In this document: positions 29,359-39,689 of the stretch, one piece after another
Layout of the letters: the number at the start of each line of letters is the position of its first letter
How positions within the stretch are numbered: the stretch's first letter is position 1
Virus record (IMG/VR): IMGVR_UViG_3300025087_000689
Length of the DNA: 64,000 bases
From: a virus
Taxonomy: Duplodnaviria; Caudoviricetes
Direction: 5' to 3' (one strand)
Program-made: the position numbers and the translations under genes
The notes under the pieces: model-generated
What the model saw: the letters and a program-made list of their open reading frames with translations, nothing else
Told to the model about the DNA's origin: nothing
The model's database searches: none

Positions 29359-31344
29359 GTGCAAATGTCGATAGGAATTAGAGAGCATTTTAGCAAAGAA
29401 GGCCGTAAGCTTTGTGAAGATAATTTAGGTTGGGATACGATCTGTGCTAAGTGGGATAAAGTTATTGGTGAAGTTAATATATCAAAGAATAATCCTTATC
29501 CTAAACTGAATATTCCTAAACCAACTAATCTAGAAGATCTTCTTGAGAAAGAGAAGAAGGATAGATTTTTATATGTTATGCCTGGAACATATGGAGATGT
29601 ATTTCTATCAACAGCTGTTATAGATGGCATTAAGAAAAAATATCCTGATAAGGATATCTATTTTGCTACCGGTGGACAGTATATTCAGATCTTAGAAGGT
29701 AATCCTAATATTCATAAAATTTTACCTTATGATGGAGTCTTCAATAATATACCGTTGATGAATAACTTATTTGATATTGTCTTCACTCCAGCCGTGGCAA
29801 CTCAAGCTTCAAATAATTGGACGAGAAATGGACATGGTGAACATTTAGCCCGAACATATGCCACTCATTGTGGTGTAGAACTCGGTAATTTATATATGAG
29901 GATCATTGAATCACAGGATGCACTGGAAGGTGATTATCTTGTTGTTCATACAAAGACAGGTCAAGAAGCCAAGAACTATAGTGAATACCAAAAGATTATT
30001 AATCAAATTGATATCCCAGTGGTTCAAGTCGGATCCAAAGACGATCAACTTCTTAAAAATGTAATTGATAAGAGAAGTAAGAACATACAAGAAACAGCCA
30101 GTATAATCAAGAAAGCAAAGCTCTTTCTCGGTGGTGATAGTATATGTGCACATATAGCTGGATATGTTGGAATTCCATCTGTGTTGTTATATGGTTCTAC
30201 ATTTTCGGCACTCACAAAACCACTTTATAAAGATCAGAGTAAACTTAATGTTATAGAACCAGCTAATAGATATAGTTGTGAGAGACCATGTCATTTAGCA
30301 AAATGTAATAGATCTCCTAATCCTTGTATTAATAATATTGACGCAAAGATGGTGGTTGAACACATAGGTACATTAGGAATACTTACTAAGGCTCCAGTAC
30401 CTCCCACTTTATCCGGCTATACTACAACATTGAATCCAGAGAAATATTATCCTTGGCGTCAGTCTATTAAATCATTACTAGGGGTGTGTGATGAAGTTGT
30501 TGTAGTTGATGGTGGTTCTACTGATGGTACATTAGAAGCCTTACAAGAGTGGAAGAAAACAGAACCTAAACTGAAGGTCTTTAAACGTAAGTGGAGAATG
30601 GACGAGCCAGCTATGGATGGTATGATGAAAAGTTATGCCAGAGCTCTATGTACTAAAGAATTCTGTTGGCAGCAGGATTGCGATGAACTAATACATGAAT
30701 CAGATTATTCAAAACTTAAGGATTTATTAATTAATTTTCCAAGTCAGGCTAAAGTGCTAACACTACCTGTTATTCATTTATATGGTACAACGAAAACAAT
30801 TCTTACAGATAAAGGATTATATAAGGCTCGTTTAAGTAAGAATCTACCAGAGATAACCCATGGTATTCCTAAACAACTTAGACAAACTACACCTCAAGGC
30901 AAATTGTTTTGTGATAAAGATCGTTCAGATGGCTGTGATTATATTAATTCACAGACTTTTGATCATGCAGATGGACAGATAAGTTTTATAAATGCTGAAC
31001 TTATGCAAGCACAACAGACTAATATGCCTAAGTTTAAATCTATGATGGTATCTGCTTTTAAACAGTTTCCAAGTGTATGGCATTTTTCTTGGCATGATTT
31101 AGTTCGTCGTATTAATGTTGATCTTGAATTTTGGGATGGTCAGTGGAATAGATTAAATACTGGACAGACTATACCTCCAAATCGTTTTTTTCCAAATACA
31201 AAACGTGAAGATGTAACTCCAGAACTAATTAAACAACGTGCAGATTTCCTTAAGGATAAAACATTAGAAGAAAAACCAATGGATCTAATACAGTTAAATT
31301 GGTTAGATACACCGGAGGTGATTAAGTCATGGCTATCCAAGTAA
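29359..31344 (+). CDS. Multidomain glycosyltransferase: GT4 tail + GT9-like + GT2
   Basis: FSKEGRKLCEDNLGWD (GT4 end); GTYGDVFLSTAVI...GGDSICAHIAG...LYGST (GT9); DEVVVVDGGSTDGT, QQDCDE (GT2). Confidence 0.85.
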   Translation: MQMSIGIREHFSKEGRKLCEDNLGWDTICAKWDKVIGEVNISKNNPYPKLNIPKPTNLEDLLEKEKKDRFLYVMPGTYGDVFLSTAVIDGIKKKYPDKDIYFATGGQYIQILEGNPNIHKILPYDGVFNNIPLMNNLFDIVFTPAVATQASNNWTRNGHGEHLARTYATHCGVELGNLYMRIIESQDALEGDYLVVHTKTGQEAKNYSEYQKIINQIDIPVVQVGSKDDQLLKNVIDKRSKNIQETASIIKKAKLFLGGDSICAHIAGYVGIPSVLLYGSTFSALTKPLYKDQSKLNVIEPANRYSCERPCHLAKCNRSPNPCINNIDAKMVVEHIGTLGILTKAPVPPTLSGYTTTLNPEKYYPWRQSIKSLLGVCDEVVVVDGGSTDGTLEALQEWKKTEPKLKVFKRKWRMDEPAMDGMMKSYARALCTKEFCWQQDCDELIHESDYSKLKDLLINFPSQAKVLTLPVIHLYGTTKTILTDKGLYKARLSKNLPEITHGIPKQLRQTTPQGKLFCDKDRSDGCDYINSQTFDHADGQISFINAELMQAQQTNMPKFKSMMVSAFKQFPSVWHFSWHDLVRRINVDLEFWDGQWNRLNTGQTIPPNRFFPNTKREDVTPELIKQRADFLKDKTLEEKPMDLIQLNWLDTPEVIKSWLSK

Positions 31345-31952
31345 TGTATGACATGCATTTGAATAACTTAGACTTTATGTCTGAGGTTAACTTCATTATC
31401 TCACAATATGATATTGAAGATATAGTTGAGACTGGTACTAATGTAGGTCTGGGTTCCACTCAGGTACTAGCTAGAACGGGTTTAGACGTGGCTACAATCG
31501 AGTGTAATCCTCAGAACCATGCTCAGGCAGTAGAGAATCTTAAAGCCTTCTCAAACGTCTCCTGTCATCTGGGTTTTTCTATGCATAAGCAAAGAATGCT
31601 AGATTTCATAAAGAACGACAAATATACTATACCGAAGGATATAGCTATTGATTCTCACGATCCACTAACTTTTTATTCACAAGAACTAAACTTTAATGTT
31701 GATGAAGAGTTATTGGATAAGTTTTCTAATAACAATAAAAAACAGTTACTCTTTCTTGACTCTGCCGGTGGTGTTGGTTATATGGAATTTCTATATGTAA
31801 TGAATCTTAAACCAGAATATCAGAAGAATAAAGTAATACTAATGGATGACTGTACTCATGTTAAACATTTTAGATCTGTTATAGATCTGGAAAAACAAAG
31901 TATCAAAGTTACTAAAATTCTTAACGATAGAGTATGTTGGGCAAAACTATGA
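31329..31952 (+). CDS. Putative class I SAM-dependent methyltransferase
   Basis: IVETGTNVGLGST motif I; TIECN; LFLDS. Confidence 0.55.
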   Translation: MAIQVMYDMHLNNLDFMSEVNFIISQYDIEDIVETGTNVGLGSTQVLARTGLDVATIECNPQNHAQAVENLKAFSNVSCHLGFSMHKQRMLDFIKNDKYTIPKDIAIDSHDPLTFYSQELNFNVDEELLDKFSNNNKKQLLFLDSAGGVGYMEFLYVMNLKPEYQKNKVILMDDCTHVKHFRSVIDLEKQSIKVTKILNDRVCWAKL

Positions 31953-32872
31953 AGATACAGGTTGCTTCAATATGTAAACAGGAAGAAGATTTAATCAGGC
32001 CGTGGCTTGAGCATTTACTAGTTCTTGATTGTATTGAAGGTATCTATCTTCATGATACTGGTTCGACTGATGCAACTCTCGATTATATCAAATCATATAA
32101 AGATCCACGAATTCATTTATTTGAATCACAAGACTTTAAAGACTTCTCATCGGCTCGTAATTTCATCTTATCTAAACTAGATAAACCTGAATGGATGATT
32201 TTTTTAGATATAGACGAATTATTTAATTGTAATGTTAATGAAGGATTGGAAGTACTAAATAATAAAGTTCTTTATTGGAATGATATCCAAAAGATACAAC
32301 TTCCTCATATTCAATTATATGATTTTAATAAGATTTGGTTCCATAAACCTCCAACCCCACCAAATTGGGATGGTCAGGTAGCAAATTATTCTTGGGATAA
32401 AGACACTATAACATTGTATCGTGGAGATTTAGTTACTTCAAAATTTCATAATTCTCTTCATGAAAGATTTACTCATTCTGAAGTAACATCAAGATGTTTT
32501 AACTTACTTGGGGTTTCTCCTATCTATGATCTAAGAGATTTGGAAGATGACTTCTATGTGATTCATTATAGTAAAGCTAAGTTACACGCTGAAGCTAGAA
32601 GGACTGGTAAGTCTTTTGAATATTGTGTTGGAAAGAAACGCAGAGAATATAGATTAATTAAACCTGCTCTTACTAATGGAAAAATGTACGATAGAGAATG
32701 GGCTCTTAATGCTACAGAAGCCGATATAGAACAACTTGGAAGAGATCAATTGATTCAGTTTATAGAGATAGAAGGACATGTATTCCCTAAAACCAATTTT
32801 AATGTATATGATTTAAACAATGAATTTATTAAGAGGTATTTTAATGACTCATTATGTGTTAATTACAACTAA
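31949..32872 (+). CDS. GT2 glycosyltransferase
   Basis: ICKQEED, DTGSTDAT, FSSARN, FLDIDE. Confidence 0.85.
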   Translation: MKIQVASICKQEEDLIRPWLEHLLVLDCIEGIYLHDTGSTDATLDYIKSYKDPRIHLFESQDFKDFSSARNFILSKLDKPEWMIFLDIDELFNCNVNEGLEVLNNKVLYWNDIQKIQLPHIQLYDFNKIWFHKPPTPPNWDGQVANYSWDKDTITLYRGDLVTSKFHNSLHERFTHSEVTSRCFNLLGVSPIYDLRDLEDDFYVIHYSKAKLHAEARRTGKSFEYCVGKKRREYRLIKPALTNGKMYDREWALNATEADIEQLGRDQLIQFIEIEGHVFPKTNFNVYDLNNEFIKRYFNDSLCVNYN

Positions 32873-33602
32873 AGATAGACTGAATCTATTAAATAATTGT
32901 GTCGAATCCATTAGAAGAACGACACCTGAATCTAGAATCTTCATAGTTAGTGATGGTTCTCGTAGTGATACTATTGACTATATAACTAACTCTGACTACT
33001 TTGAAGGGTATGTTATTAATAAAACTAATATAGGTATTGCTCCATCTATTGAAATTGGTATTAATCTAATTAATAACTATCATCGTTTTAGATTTAATGA
33101 AGGTAAGGAGAAGGATGAAGATCCTTTTATATCTTATGTGCAGGACGATGTTGAGTTTATAGTTAGTGATTGGCCAAAAGTTCTTAATAATGCTCGATTA
33201 GGAATATCGTTGTTATCTGATATGGGACAGGGTGAGTTTAAAATAGGTTTTACAACTGGTCATGTAGCACCGGAACATTCAAATTCTATTGTTGGTGAAT
33301 ATAATTTATCAAATGGTTATAGAATACAATTAAGAAACCATATTAGAGCAACTCATATGGAAGCTCCTATGTCGTTCTGGATGCAACAGTTTCCTGTATC
33401 TGAAGTAGACCCTGAACAAAGAGATGGTTTAAGAGGACACCCTGGTAACTCACGCGGGAGTAATATTGATTGGTGGTTCTTACGTGATCATCCTAAAAGT
33501 GTATTACAACAAGGTATGACAAATCTAGTAGTGTCAGGAATTCTAAAACATGTTGGGTTTGACCATAGCACTTGGCAATCTAGACCACTTCAAGAAGTCT
33601 AA
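32844..33602 (+). CDS. GT2 glycosyltransferase
   Basis: ITTKDR, VSDGS, NIGIA, VQDDV. Confidence 0.75.
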   Translation: MTHYVLITTKDRLNLLNNCVESIRRTTPESRIFIVSDGSRSDTIDYITNSDYFEGYVINKTNIGIAPSIEIGINLINNYHRFRFNEGKEKDEDPFISYVQDDVEFIVSDWPKVLNNARLGISLLSDMGQGEFKIGFTTGHVAPEHSNSIVGEYNLSNGYRIQLRNHIRATHMEAPMSFWMQQFPVSEVDPEQRDGLRGHPGNSRGSNIDWWFLRDHPKSVLQQGMTNLVVSGILKHVGFDHSTWQSRPLQEV

Positions 33603-33609
33603 AATAAAA

Positions 33610-33639
33610 TTGGTATTATAGATTAATAATAATTATAAT
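33610..33639 (+). promoter_or_regulatory. Promoter TTGGTA-N18-TATAAT
   Basis: Same architecture as the 19092 and 25749 promoters, in an AT-rich gap. Confidence 0.55.
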
Positions 33640-33666
33640 ATAGGTGTAGGACCGCAAGAAGAAAAC

Positions 33667-34500
33667 TTGAGAAAGTGTGTTAAATTGCGTACACTAGAAA
33701 ATACAAAGTTAGCCATACTAATTCCCTCGCTACAAGACTATGATTTTCTTAAACTTACGTTAAAGAGCATAGTCGAAAATACCAAAACTAACATCGAAAT
33801 TAAGATTCATTTGAACGCTGTTACTCCTGAAATGGAAGAATTAGCTATTCAATATGATCCAGAGTATACTAAATCATTAAGTAATCTTGGAATATCTCCA
33901 GCTATAAATATATGTTTTGACAGATCAGACGCTGATTTCATATTTATAGCAGAAAGTGATTTAGTTTTTCTACCTGATTGGGATACTTATTTAATCGAAG
34001 CTATGAATAAGTTTGGCGAAAATAATATCTTTCCAGTTACTAAGATACATCCATACGATGACGCACAGACTGTATCTTTAGTTAAAGATTATGGAAAATC
34101 TCCAGATACATTAGATTATAAAAGACTTCTATCTGAAGTAGATTCTCTTAGACAACCAAGATATCAGATTGCTAACTGTTCTCCTGCTTGTTTTCCAAGA
34201 CACTTACATGTTCCATTTGATGAAGCCTACTTTCCTGGCTGGGCTACTGATGTTGAGATGCATGTTAATGCATGGCAGCTTGATAAGAATGTACGCTATA
34301 TTAAATCAGAAAAAAGTTTAATCTATCATTTCAGATCTCTTGCATCTAAGAAGTTTTACTCAGACGATGAACGCTCAATGCAATGTGCTCGCTCAAACGA
34401 CATCTTTAATAAAAAATGGGAAGCTATTCATCCTGGTTTAAATCTAAATACATATAAAGATATTATAATGAAAAATTATAAAGGATATATTACCGAATGA
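33667..34500 (+). CDS. GT2 glycosyltransferase
   Basis: AILIPS, NLGISPAIN, AESDLVF, FPGWATD, IYHF. Confidence 0.75.
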   Translation: MRKCVKLRTLENTKLAILIPSLQDYDFLKLTLKSIVENTKTNIEIKIHLNAVTPEMEELAIQYDPEYTKSLSNLGISPAINICFDRSDADFIFIAESDLVFLPDWDTYLIEAMNKFGENNIFPVTKIHPYDDAQTVSLVKDYGKSPDTLDYKRLLSEVDSLRQPRYQIANCSPACFPRHLHVPFDEAYFPGWATDVEMHVNAWQLDKNVRYIKSEKSLIYHFRSLASKKFYSDDERSMQCARSNDIFNKKWEAIHPGLNLNTYKDIIMKNYKGYITE

Positions 34501-36764
34501 AAACAAAGATTCTTGATCTAGGACTGCAACCATTAGCTAATGGATTTAAGACAAAAGCTACAGATGAGGAATTTAAATTCAATCTCGGAGTAACTTTTGA
34601 TGATGAAACTAAATTAGTTAGTCTTGAATCATTTGTAGCTCCTGAGATGCTTTTTAATGATCAGTATCCTTATCGTAGCTCACAGTCTACCACTATGCGA
34701 CATCACTTTAAGAAGATCGCCACTGATATAATATCAGAAACCAGTTATAACCCAATTAAGGTGTTAGAAATTGGATGCATTTTACCTGATCATTATGTAA
34801 CAACAAATCTAGGTTTAGTTAAAACAGAAAATATTAAAGTTGGTGATATTGTTTTAACACATAAAAATAAGTTTGAAAACGTCACAGAAATATTTTCGAG
34901 AAATTATAAAGGTAAAGTTTATAATATTAAATTAAAATCTTTAAATACTTCTTTAGAAATTACTAACGAACATCCTATTTTAACTGAAAATGGTTGGAAA
35001 AAAGCAAATGATTTAAAAGTTAATGATAAAATCGCAACGCAATCCTATTTTCCATTCACGGATAAAAAAATATTAGATATTTATTTAGAAATTGGTAGTG
35101 AACATAATTTAAATCTAAAATTAGATAATGATTTTATTACATTTACTACTAACGGATTAAAAAATAAAATACCAAGATATATTAATTTATCTTCTGAGTT
35201 TTATTCTATTGCCGGTTATTTTATTGGTGAGGGTTCTACTTCTAATAAAACAACGATTGAATTTTCATTTTCAAAAAAAGAAGAAAATAAAGTTTTAGAA
35301 ATACAAAAATATTTTCATGATATCTTTCATTTAAATGGTGAAATTAGAAAGCAAATAAATGTTATATCAATAAGATTTAATTCTAAAATTTTATATTTGT
35401 TATTTGGTAAATTATTTGGTAGAGGTTCTCATAATAAAAAGATTCCTTTATTATTTAATAATAATAAAATATCGTATTTTTTAAAATCTTTATGGTTCAC
35501 AGATGGTCATAAATCAATAATAAATAAAAAAAATAAAAGAAATATTTATATATATAGTTCAGTTTCTCGTTTATTAATACTACAATTAAAAGACTTATTA
35601 AATACTATAGGAATTAATTGTTCTATTCAATTAGTTCGTAACGATAGAGGTTTTAGTAAAAAGAATGGTTTTATTTATAGACTAACAATACAGAAAAAAA
35701 CTGATGTTAGTTTATTTGAGAGTGTTATTTATGATAATAATATATTAGATATTAAAACATGTTATGATTATAAATCTATTAATTCCATATCACATAGATA
35801 TTATGATGGATTGGTATATAACTTACATATTAAAAACGATAATTCGTATGTTGTAGATGGAATCACTACACATAATTGTAATGATGGAGCTTTTTTAAAA
35901 TGTTTTGATAAAGAAAATTGTGTTGGTGTAGAACCATGTGCTAATTTTGCCAAAGAGTTACAGGACGAAGGTTATAGGATTGAATCTGTATTCTGGAATA
36001 AGACAACAGCACAGGAAATCGTAGATAAATATGGAAAGTTTGACGTAGTATATTCTGCTAATTGTTTTTGTCATATCCAAGATATTATTAATGCATTAGA
36101 ATCTGTAAAAATGGTGCTATCAAATGGCAATTCTATTTGTATATTAGAAGATCCTTCATTATTAAGTATGATTCAATTAGTTAGTTATGATCAAATCTAT
36201 GATGAACATGCTCATATTTTCTCAGTTACAGCTTTAAATAATATATGTAAAATGATAGGGCTCACTATAACTAAAGTGGAAAAAATTTCAGTTCATGGTT
36301 TTTCTAATCGTATTTGTATCTCTAAAGATAGTTTTGATTCACAGACTTTGAAAGACGCTTTAGCAGAAGAATCATTGTATGGTATAGATAATTTAAGTAC
36401 TTACCATGAATTTAATGATAGAGTTAATCAATCAAAAAGAAGATTAGTACATTTATTAGATAACGAAAGTAGAATAGTAGTTGGTTATGGAGCTACATCT
36501 AAAGCAACAGTTGTTTTAAACTTCTGTGATCTTAATAAATATATAACTACTTTTACAGATACTACACCAGAAAAAATTGGTAAGTATATGCCAGGTACTA
36601 ATATACCGATTATAGATCGAGATAAATATACTTTTGATTCCAAAAAACATTTAGTATTTCTCGGTGCATGGAACTATATTAATGAAATACGAAGTAAAGA
36701 AAGTGCCTTTGTTTATAATGGTGGAGAATTTATAACCCATATTCCATATCCTAGGATAGTATAG
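34497..36764 (+). CDS. NDP-sugar C-methyltransferase (TcaB9/NovU-like), intein-containing
   Basis: LDLGLQPLAN, YPYRSS, VLEIG|CNDG, GVEP, YDQIYDEH, GYGATSKA, D.TPEKIGKYMPG, LGAWN. Confidence 0.88.
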   Translation: MKTKILDLGLQPLANGFKTKATDEEFKFNLGVTFDDETKLVSLESFVAPEMLFNDQYPYRSSQSTTMRHHFKKIATDIISETSYNPIKVLEIGCILPDHYVTTNLGLVKTENIKVGDIVLTHKNKFENVTEIFSRNYKGKVYNIKLKSLNTSLEITNEHPILTENGWKKANDLKVNDKIATQSYFPFTDKKILDIYLEIGSEHNLNLKLDNDFITFTTNGLKNKIPRYINLSSEFYSIAGYFIGEGSTSNKTTIEFSFSKKEENKVLEIQKYFHDIFHLNGEIRKQINVISIRFNSKILYLLFGKLFGRGSHNKKIPLLFNNNKISYFLKSLWFTDGHKSIINKKNKRNIYIYSSVSRLLILQLKDLLNTIGINCSIQLVRNDRGFSKKNGFIYRLTIQKKTDVSLFESVIYDNNILDIKTCYDYKSINSISHRYYDGLVYNLHIKNDNSYVVDGITTHNCNDGAFLKCFDKENCVGVEPCANFAKELQDEGYRIESVFWNKTTAQEIVDKYGKFDVVYSANCFCHIQDIINALESVKMVLSNGNSICILEDPSLLSMIQLVSYDQIYDEHAHIFSVTALNNICKMIGLTITKVEKISVHGFSNRICISKDSFDSQTLKDALAEESLYGIDNLSTYHEFNDRVNQSKRRLVHLLDNESRIVVGYGATSKATVVLNFCDLNKYITTFTDTTPEKIGKYMPGTNIPIIDRDKYTFDSKKHLVFLGAWNYINEIRSKESAFVYNGGEFITHIPYPRIV
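34776..35876 (+). mobile_element. Intein with LAGLIDADG endonuclease in methyltransferase motif I (367 aa)
   Basis: Starts CILPDHYVTTNLG, ITNEHPIL block B, ends THN followed by Cys; GYFIGEGS and LWFTDG. Confidence 0.92.
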
Positions 36765-37123
36765 TGAAAGAAAATAAAAGATTTTTTAATCTTGTTCCAG
36801 AATTAGATGGACAAGTTAATGTTTATGTCTATCAGAATACTGAATTTAAAGGATGGCATCTGCATCAGAATCAAGAAGATATGATCTTCTGTGTCAGTGG
36901 CAAACTTAAAATCTTTTTACACGCTGAAAACGATGAGTATGTTTGTACTCGCGTATTAGAAAAAGGTGAGTCATTTGTAATTGAAACAGATGTATGGCAT
37001 GGTATTCAAGCTGAAAGTATTGGAACAACAGTTATATATTTCTATGAAAAGAAATTTGATGTTAAGGATACAACAGAATTACCTAAGGATCATTTTAAAA
37101 AATATGAACATCTTGAATACTGA
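36764..37123 (+). CDS. Cupin, RmlC-like sugar epimerase
   Basis: KGWHLHQNQED..FCVSG...WHG. Confidence 0.65.
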   Translation: MKENKRFFNLVPELDGQVNVYVYQNTEFKGWHLHQNQEDMIFCVSGKLKIFLHAENDEYVCTRVLEKGESFVIETDVWHGIQAESIGTTVIYFYEKKFDVKDTTELPKDHFKKYEHLEY

Positions 37124-37131
37124 TAATAAAT

Positions 37132-37782
37132 ATGATTATATATAAAACAACTAACTTAATTAATAACAAGATTTACGTTGGTAAAGACTCTCATAGTAAT
37201 CCAACTTATTTAGGTTCTGGTAAAATATTAAAAGAGGCTATTGTAAAGTATGGTAAAGAGAATTTTAAGAAAGAGACTCTTGAATTACGTGATGGTGATA
37301 ATTGGGAAGAAAGAGAAATATATTGGATTAAAGAAATGAATAGCCAAAATCGTGATATAGGTTATAATATATTAGATGGTGGTAATGGTAGAACTTCTGA
37401 AGATATGAGTGGACCTAAACATTTTAATTTTGGTAAACAAATTTCAGATGAAACCAAAAGAAAAATATCCATCGGTAATACAGGTAAAATTCATTCAGAA
37501 GAACATAAGAGAAAAATTTCTGAAGCTCTTAAAGGTTTTAATAACCTAAATTTTGGAAAACATCCATCTGAAGAAACTAAAAAGAAATTGTCGGATAATC
37601 ATAAAGGAGAAAAATCTTTTGCATTTGGAAAACCAAGTAAACTTAGAGGTGTTCCAAGATCTCAAGAAACAAAGATTAAAATTTCTAACTCTCATAAAGG
37701 TAAAAAATTAACAAGTGAACATAGAAAAAGAATATCTGAAGGTAAAAAACAAGCGAAAGAGATTAAAAATGAAAACAATTAA
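37132..37782 (+). CDS. GIY-YIG homing endonuclease with NUMOD3-like repeats
   Basis: IIYKTTNLINNKIYVGK...YLGSG...GYNI; repeated HSEE.K.KIS / FGK motifs. Confidence 0.9.
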   Translation: MIIYKTTNLINNKIYVGKDSHSNPTYLGSGKILKEAIVKYGKENFKKETLELRDGDNWEEREIYWIKEMNSQNRDIGYNILDGGNGRTSEDMSGPKHFNFGKQISDETKRKISIGNTGKIHSEEHKRKISEALKGFNNLNFGKHPSEETKKKLSDNHKGEKSFAFGKPSKLRGVPRSQETKIKISNSHKGKKLTSEHRKRISEGKKQAKEIKNENN

Positions 37783-38191
37783 GGATGTTAATAAAATACA
37801 ATTTAAACAATTTATGGATAATAATGGAGTTTTAACTCCTTTGGAATTTAAAAATTTACCTTTTGAACCAAAACGAGTCTTCTATATTTATGGTGTATTT
37901 GATACAAAAAAACGAGGAGAACATTCTCACTATAAAACAGAACAAGTACTTATATGTCTAAAGGGTAATTGTACTGTGATTACTCATGATGGAGAACATG
38001 AGAGGGTAGATCTTTTAAGTGATCCAAGTCAAGGTTTATATATTCCAAATGAAATTTGGGATACTCAAATATTTCATGATATAAATTCGATTGTACTTGT
38101 ATTATCTAATACGGAGTATGATAAATCAGATTATCTTACTAAATGGGAGGAGTTCTTAGATTGGAAACGACAAAACAAAAAATTTGCATAG
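37769..38191 (+). CDS. FdtA/QdtA-like cupin sugar 3,4-ketoisomerase
   Basis: G.L...E...LPFEPKRVFYIY...RGEHSH...EQ; GLYIP..IW. Confidence 0.8.
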   Translation: MKTIKDVNKIQFKQFMDNNGVLTPLEFKNLPFEPKRVFYIYGVFDTKKRGEHSHYKTEQVLICLKGNCTVITHDGEHERVDLLSDPSQGLYIPNEIWDTQIFHDINSIVLVLSNTEYDKSDYLTKWEEFLDWKRQNKKFA

Positions 38192-39060
38192 TGGGAGGAC
38201 TTGGTCACGTTGGTTCGAGTCTTATACAAAAATTACAATATTTTAAAAATACGGAAGTTACAGTTGTAGATAATTTATCTACACAAAGATATTGCTCCTT
38301 GTATCATTTTCCAAAAGATTTTATCTTTATTGAAAGTGATTTTATTAAAGTAGATCCCTCTCCATACGATATCATTATTCACCTAGCCGCTAAGACAGAC
38401 GCTGCTGGTAGTTTGAATAATAAAGAAGCTGTATATCAAACTAACGTCGAAGATACTATAGCTTTCTTATCTAAGTGTTTAGATAAGAGAATCATCTTTC
38501 CATCTAGTACTAGTGTTTATGGTTCGAAGGTTGATGTAGTAACTGAAGCTACTCCGGTAAATCCACAGAGTCCATATGCTGAATCCAAACTAGAAATTGA
38601 GAAATATCTTTATGTTCTTGGCAATGCTAAGAACTGTATCATTCCTAGATTTGGAACAATTACAGGTGTATCAATGGGCATGAGATTTCATACCGCCGTT
38701 AACAAGTTCTGTTATCAGGCTCGTTTTAATCAACCTTTAACTGTATGGAAAGAGAACTATGAAATGGTTCGCCCATATCTATCCATAGTTGACGCTGTTA
38801 ACTTTATTATTGCAGCTTGCACTATGCTTCGTAAAGAGACTGGAATATATAATATAGTTACTGTGAATAGTAAGTTAAAAGACATTGTTGATTATGTTAA
38901 TAAAATGAAACCAGTGCAGACTAACATGATAGACACTCCACTGTTAAATCAGTTTTCTTATGATGTTAGTAATAAGAAATCCAAAAATGTGGGATTCAAA
39001 TACGTGGGTAATATCTTTGACGATATAAATAAGACACTTGGTTTGTTAGGAGTAGAATGA
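38143..39060 (+). CDS. NAD-dependent sugar epimerase/dehydratase (SDR)
   Basis: GGLGHVG, IIHLAA, SSTSVYG, YAESK, RFGT. Confidence 0.85.
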   Translation: MGGVLRLETTKQKICIVGGLGHVGSSLIQKLQYFKNTEVTVVDNLSTQRYCSLYHFPKDFIFIESDFIKVDPSPYDIIIHLAAKTDAAGSLNNKEAVYQTNVEDTIAFLSKCLDKRIIFPSSTSVYGSKVDVVTEATPVNPQSPYAESKLEIEKYLYVLGNAKNCIIPRFGTITGVSMGMRFHTAVNKFCYQARFNQPLTVWKENYEMVRPYLSIVDAVNFIIAACTMLRKETGIYNIVTVNSKLKDIVDYVNKMKPVQTNMIDTPLLNQFSYDVSNKKSKNVGFKYVGNIFDDINKTLGLLGVE

Positions 39061-39689
39061 ATTATATAGTTTGGGGTGGTACTGGTCAATGTAAAATTGT
39101 TCACGGTATTCTTGAACGACAAGGAATGAAATTAATTGCCATAGTTGATGATGTTATAAAGACGTCTCCTTTTTCTTCTATTCCGTTGTATACCGGAGAA
39201 GAACTTAAAAGTAATATTAGTAAGTTAGATGCTCATTTTGGAATAGTTGCTATCGGTAATCCTAATGGAAAACGTAGAGAACAATTGTCGAATACGTTAA
39301 GTAGATATGGATTCTATCCTATTAATGTTATTTCAGATGTCGCTTGGTTATCTGCTTCATCTAAATATATTAATGGGATCCAAGTATCCCCCAGAGCCTG
39401 TATAGGTGAAGATGTATTTATTGAAGAAGGTTGTATTATCAATTCCATGTCTAATATAGAACACGACTGTATACTTAGAAAGTACTCTGAAGTTGGTCCT
39501 ACAGCTACATTGTGTGGACACGTAGAAGTTGGAGAGTACTCTTGGATAGGTGGAGGAGCCATTATTAGACAAAGAATAAAGATCGGAAAGAATTCGATTG
39601 TAGGAGCTGGAGCGGTAGTTGTTAAAGATGTTCCAGATAATTCAATTTATGTTGGAAATCCAGCCAGGTTTTTAAAGGAGAACACATGA
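39057..39689 (+). CDS. NeuD/PglD-type hexapeptide sugar acetyltransferase
   Basis: IEHDC, HVEVGEYSWIGGGA..RQRIKIGKNSIVGAGAVV.KDV. Confidence 0.88.
   Translation: MNYIVWGGTGQCKIVHGILERQGMKLIAIVDDVIKTSPFSSIPLYTGEELKSNISKLDAHFGIVAIGNPNGKRREQLSNTLSRYGFYPINVISDVAWLSASSKYINGIQVSPRACIGEDVFIEEGCIINSMSNIEHDCILRKYSEVGPTATLCGHVEVGEYSWIGGGAIIRQRIKIGKNSIVGAGAVVVKDVPDNSIYVGNPARFLKENT

Noticed and set aside
37400-37760. Tandem DNA repeat
   Set aside because: Repetition is at protein level only (NUMOD3-like motifs of the GIY-YIG endonuclease).
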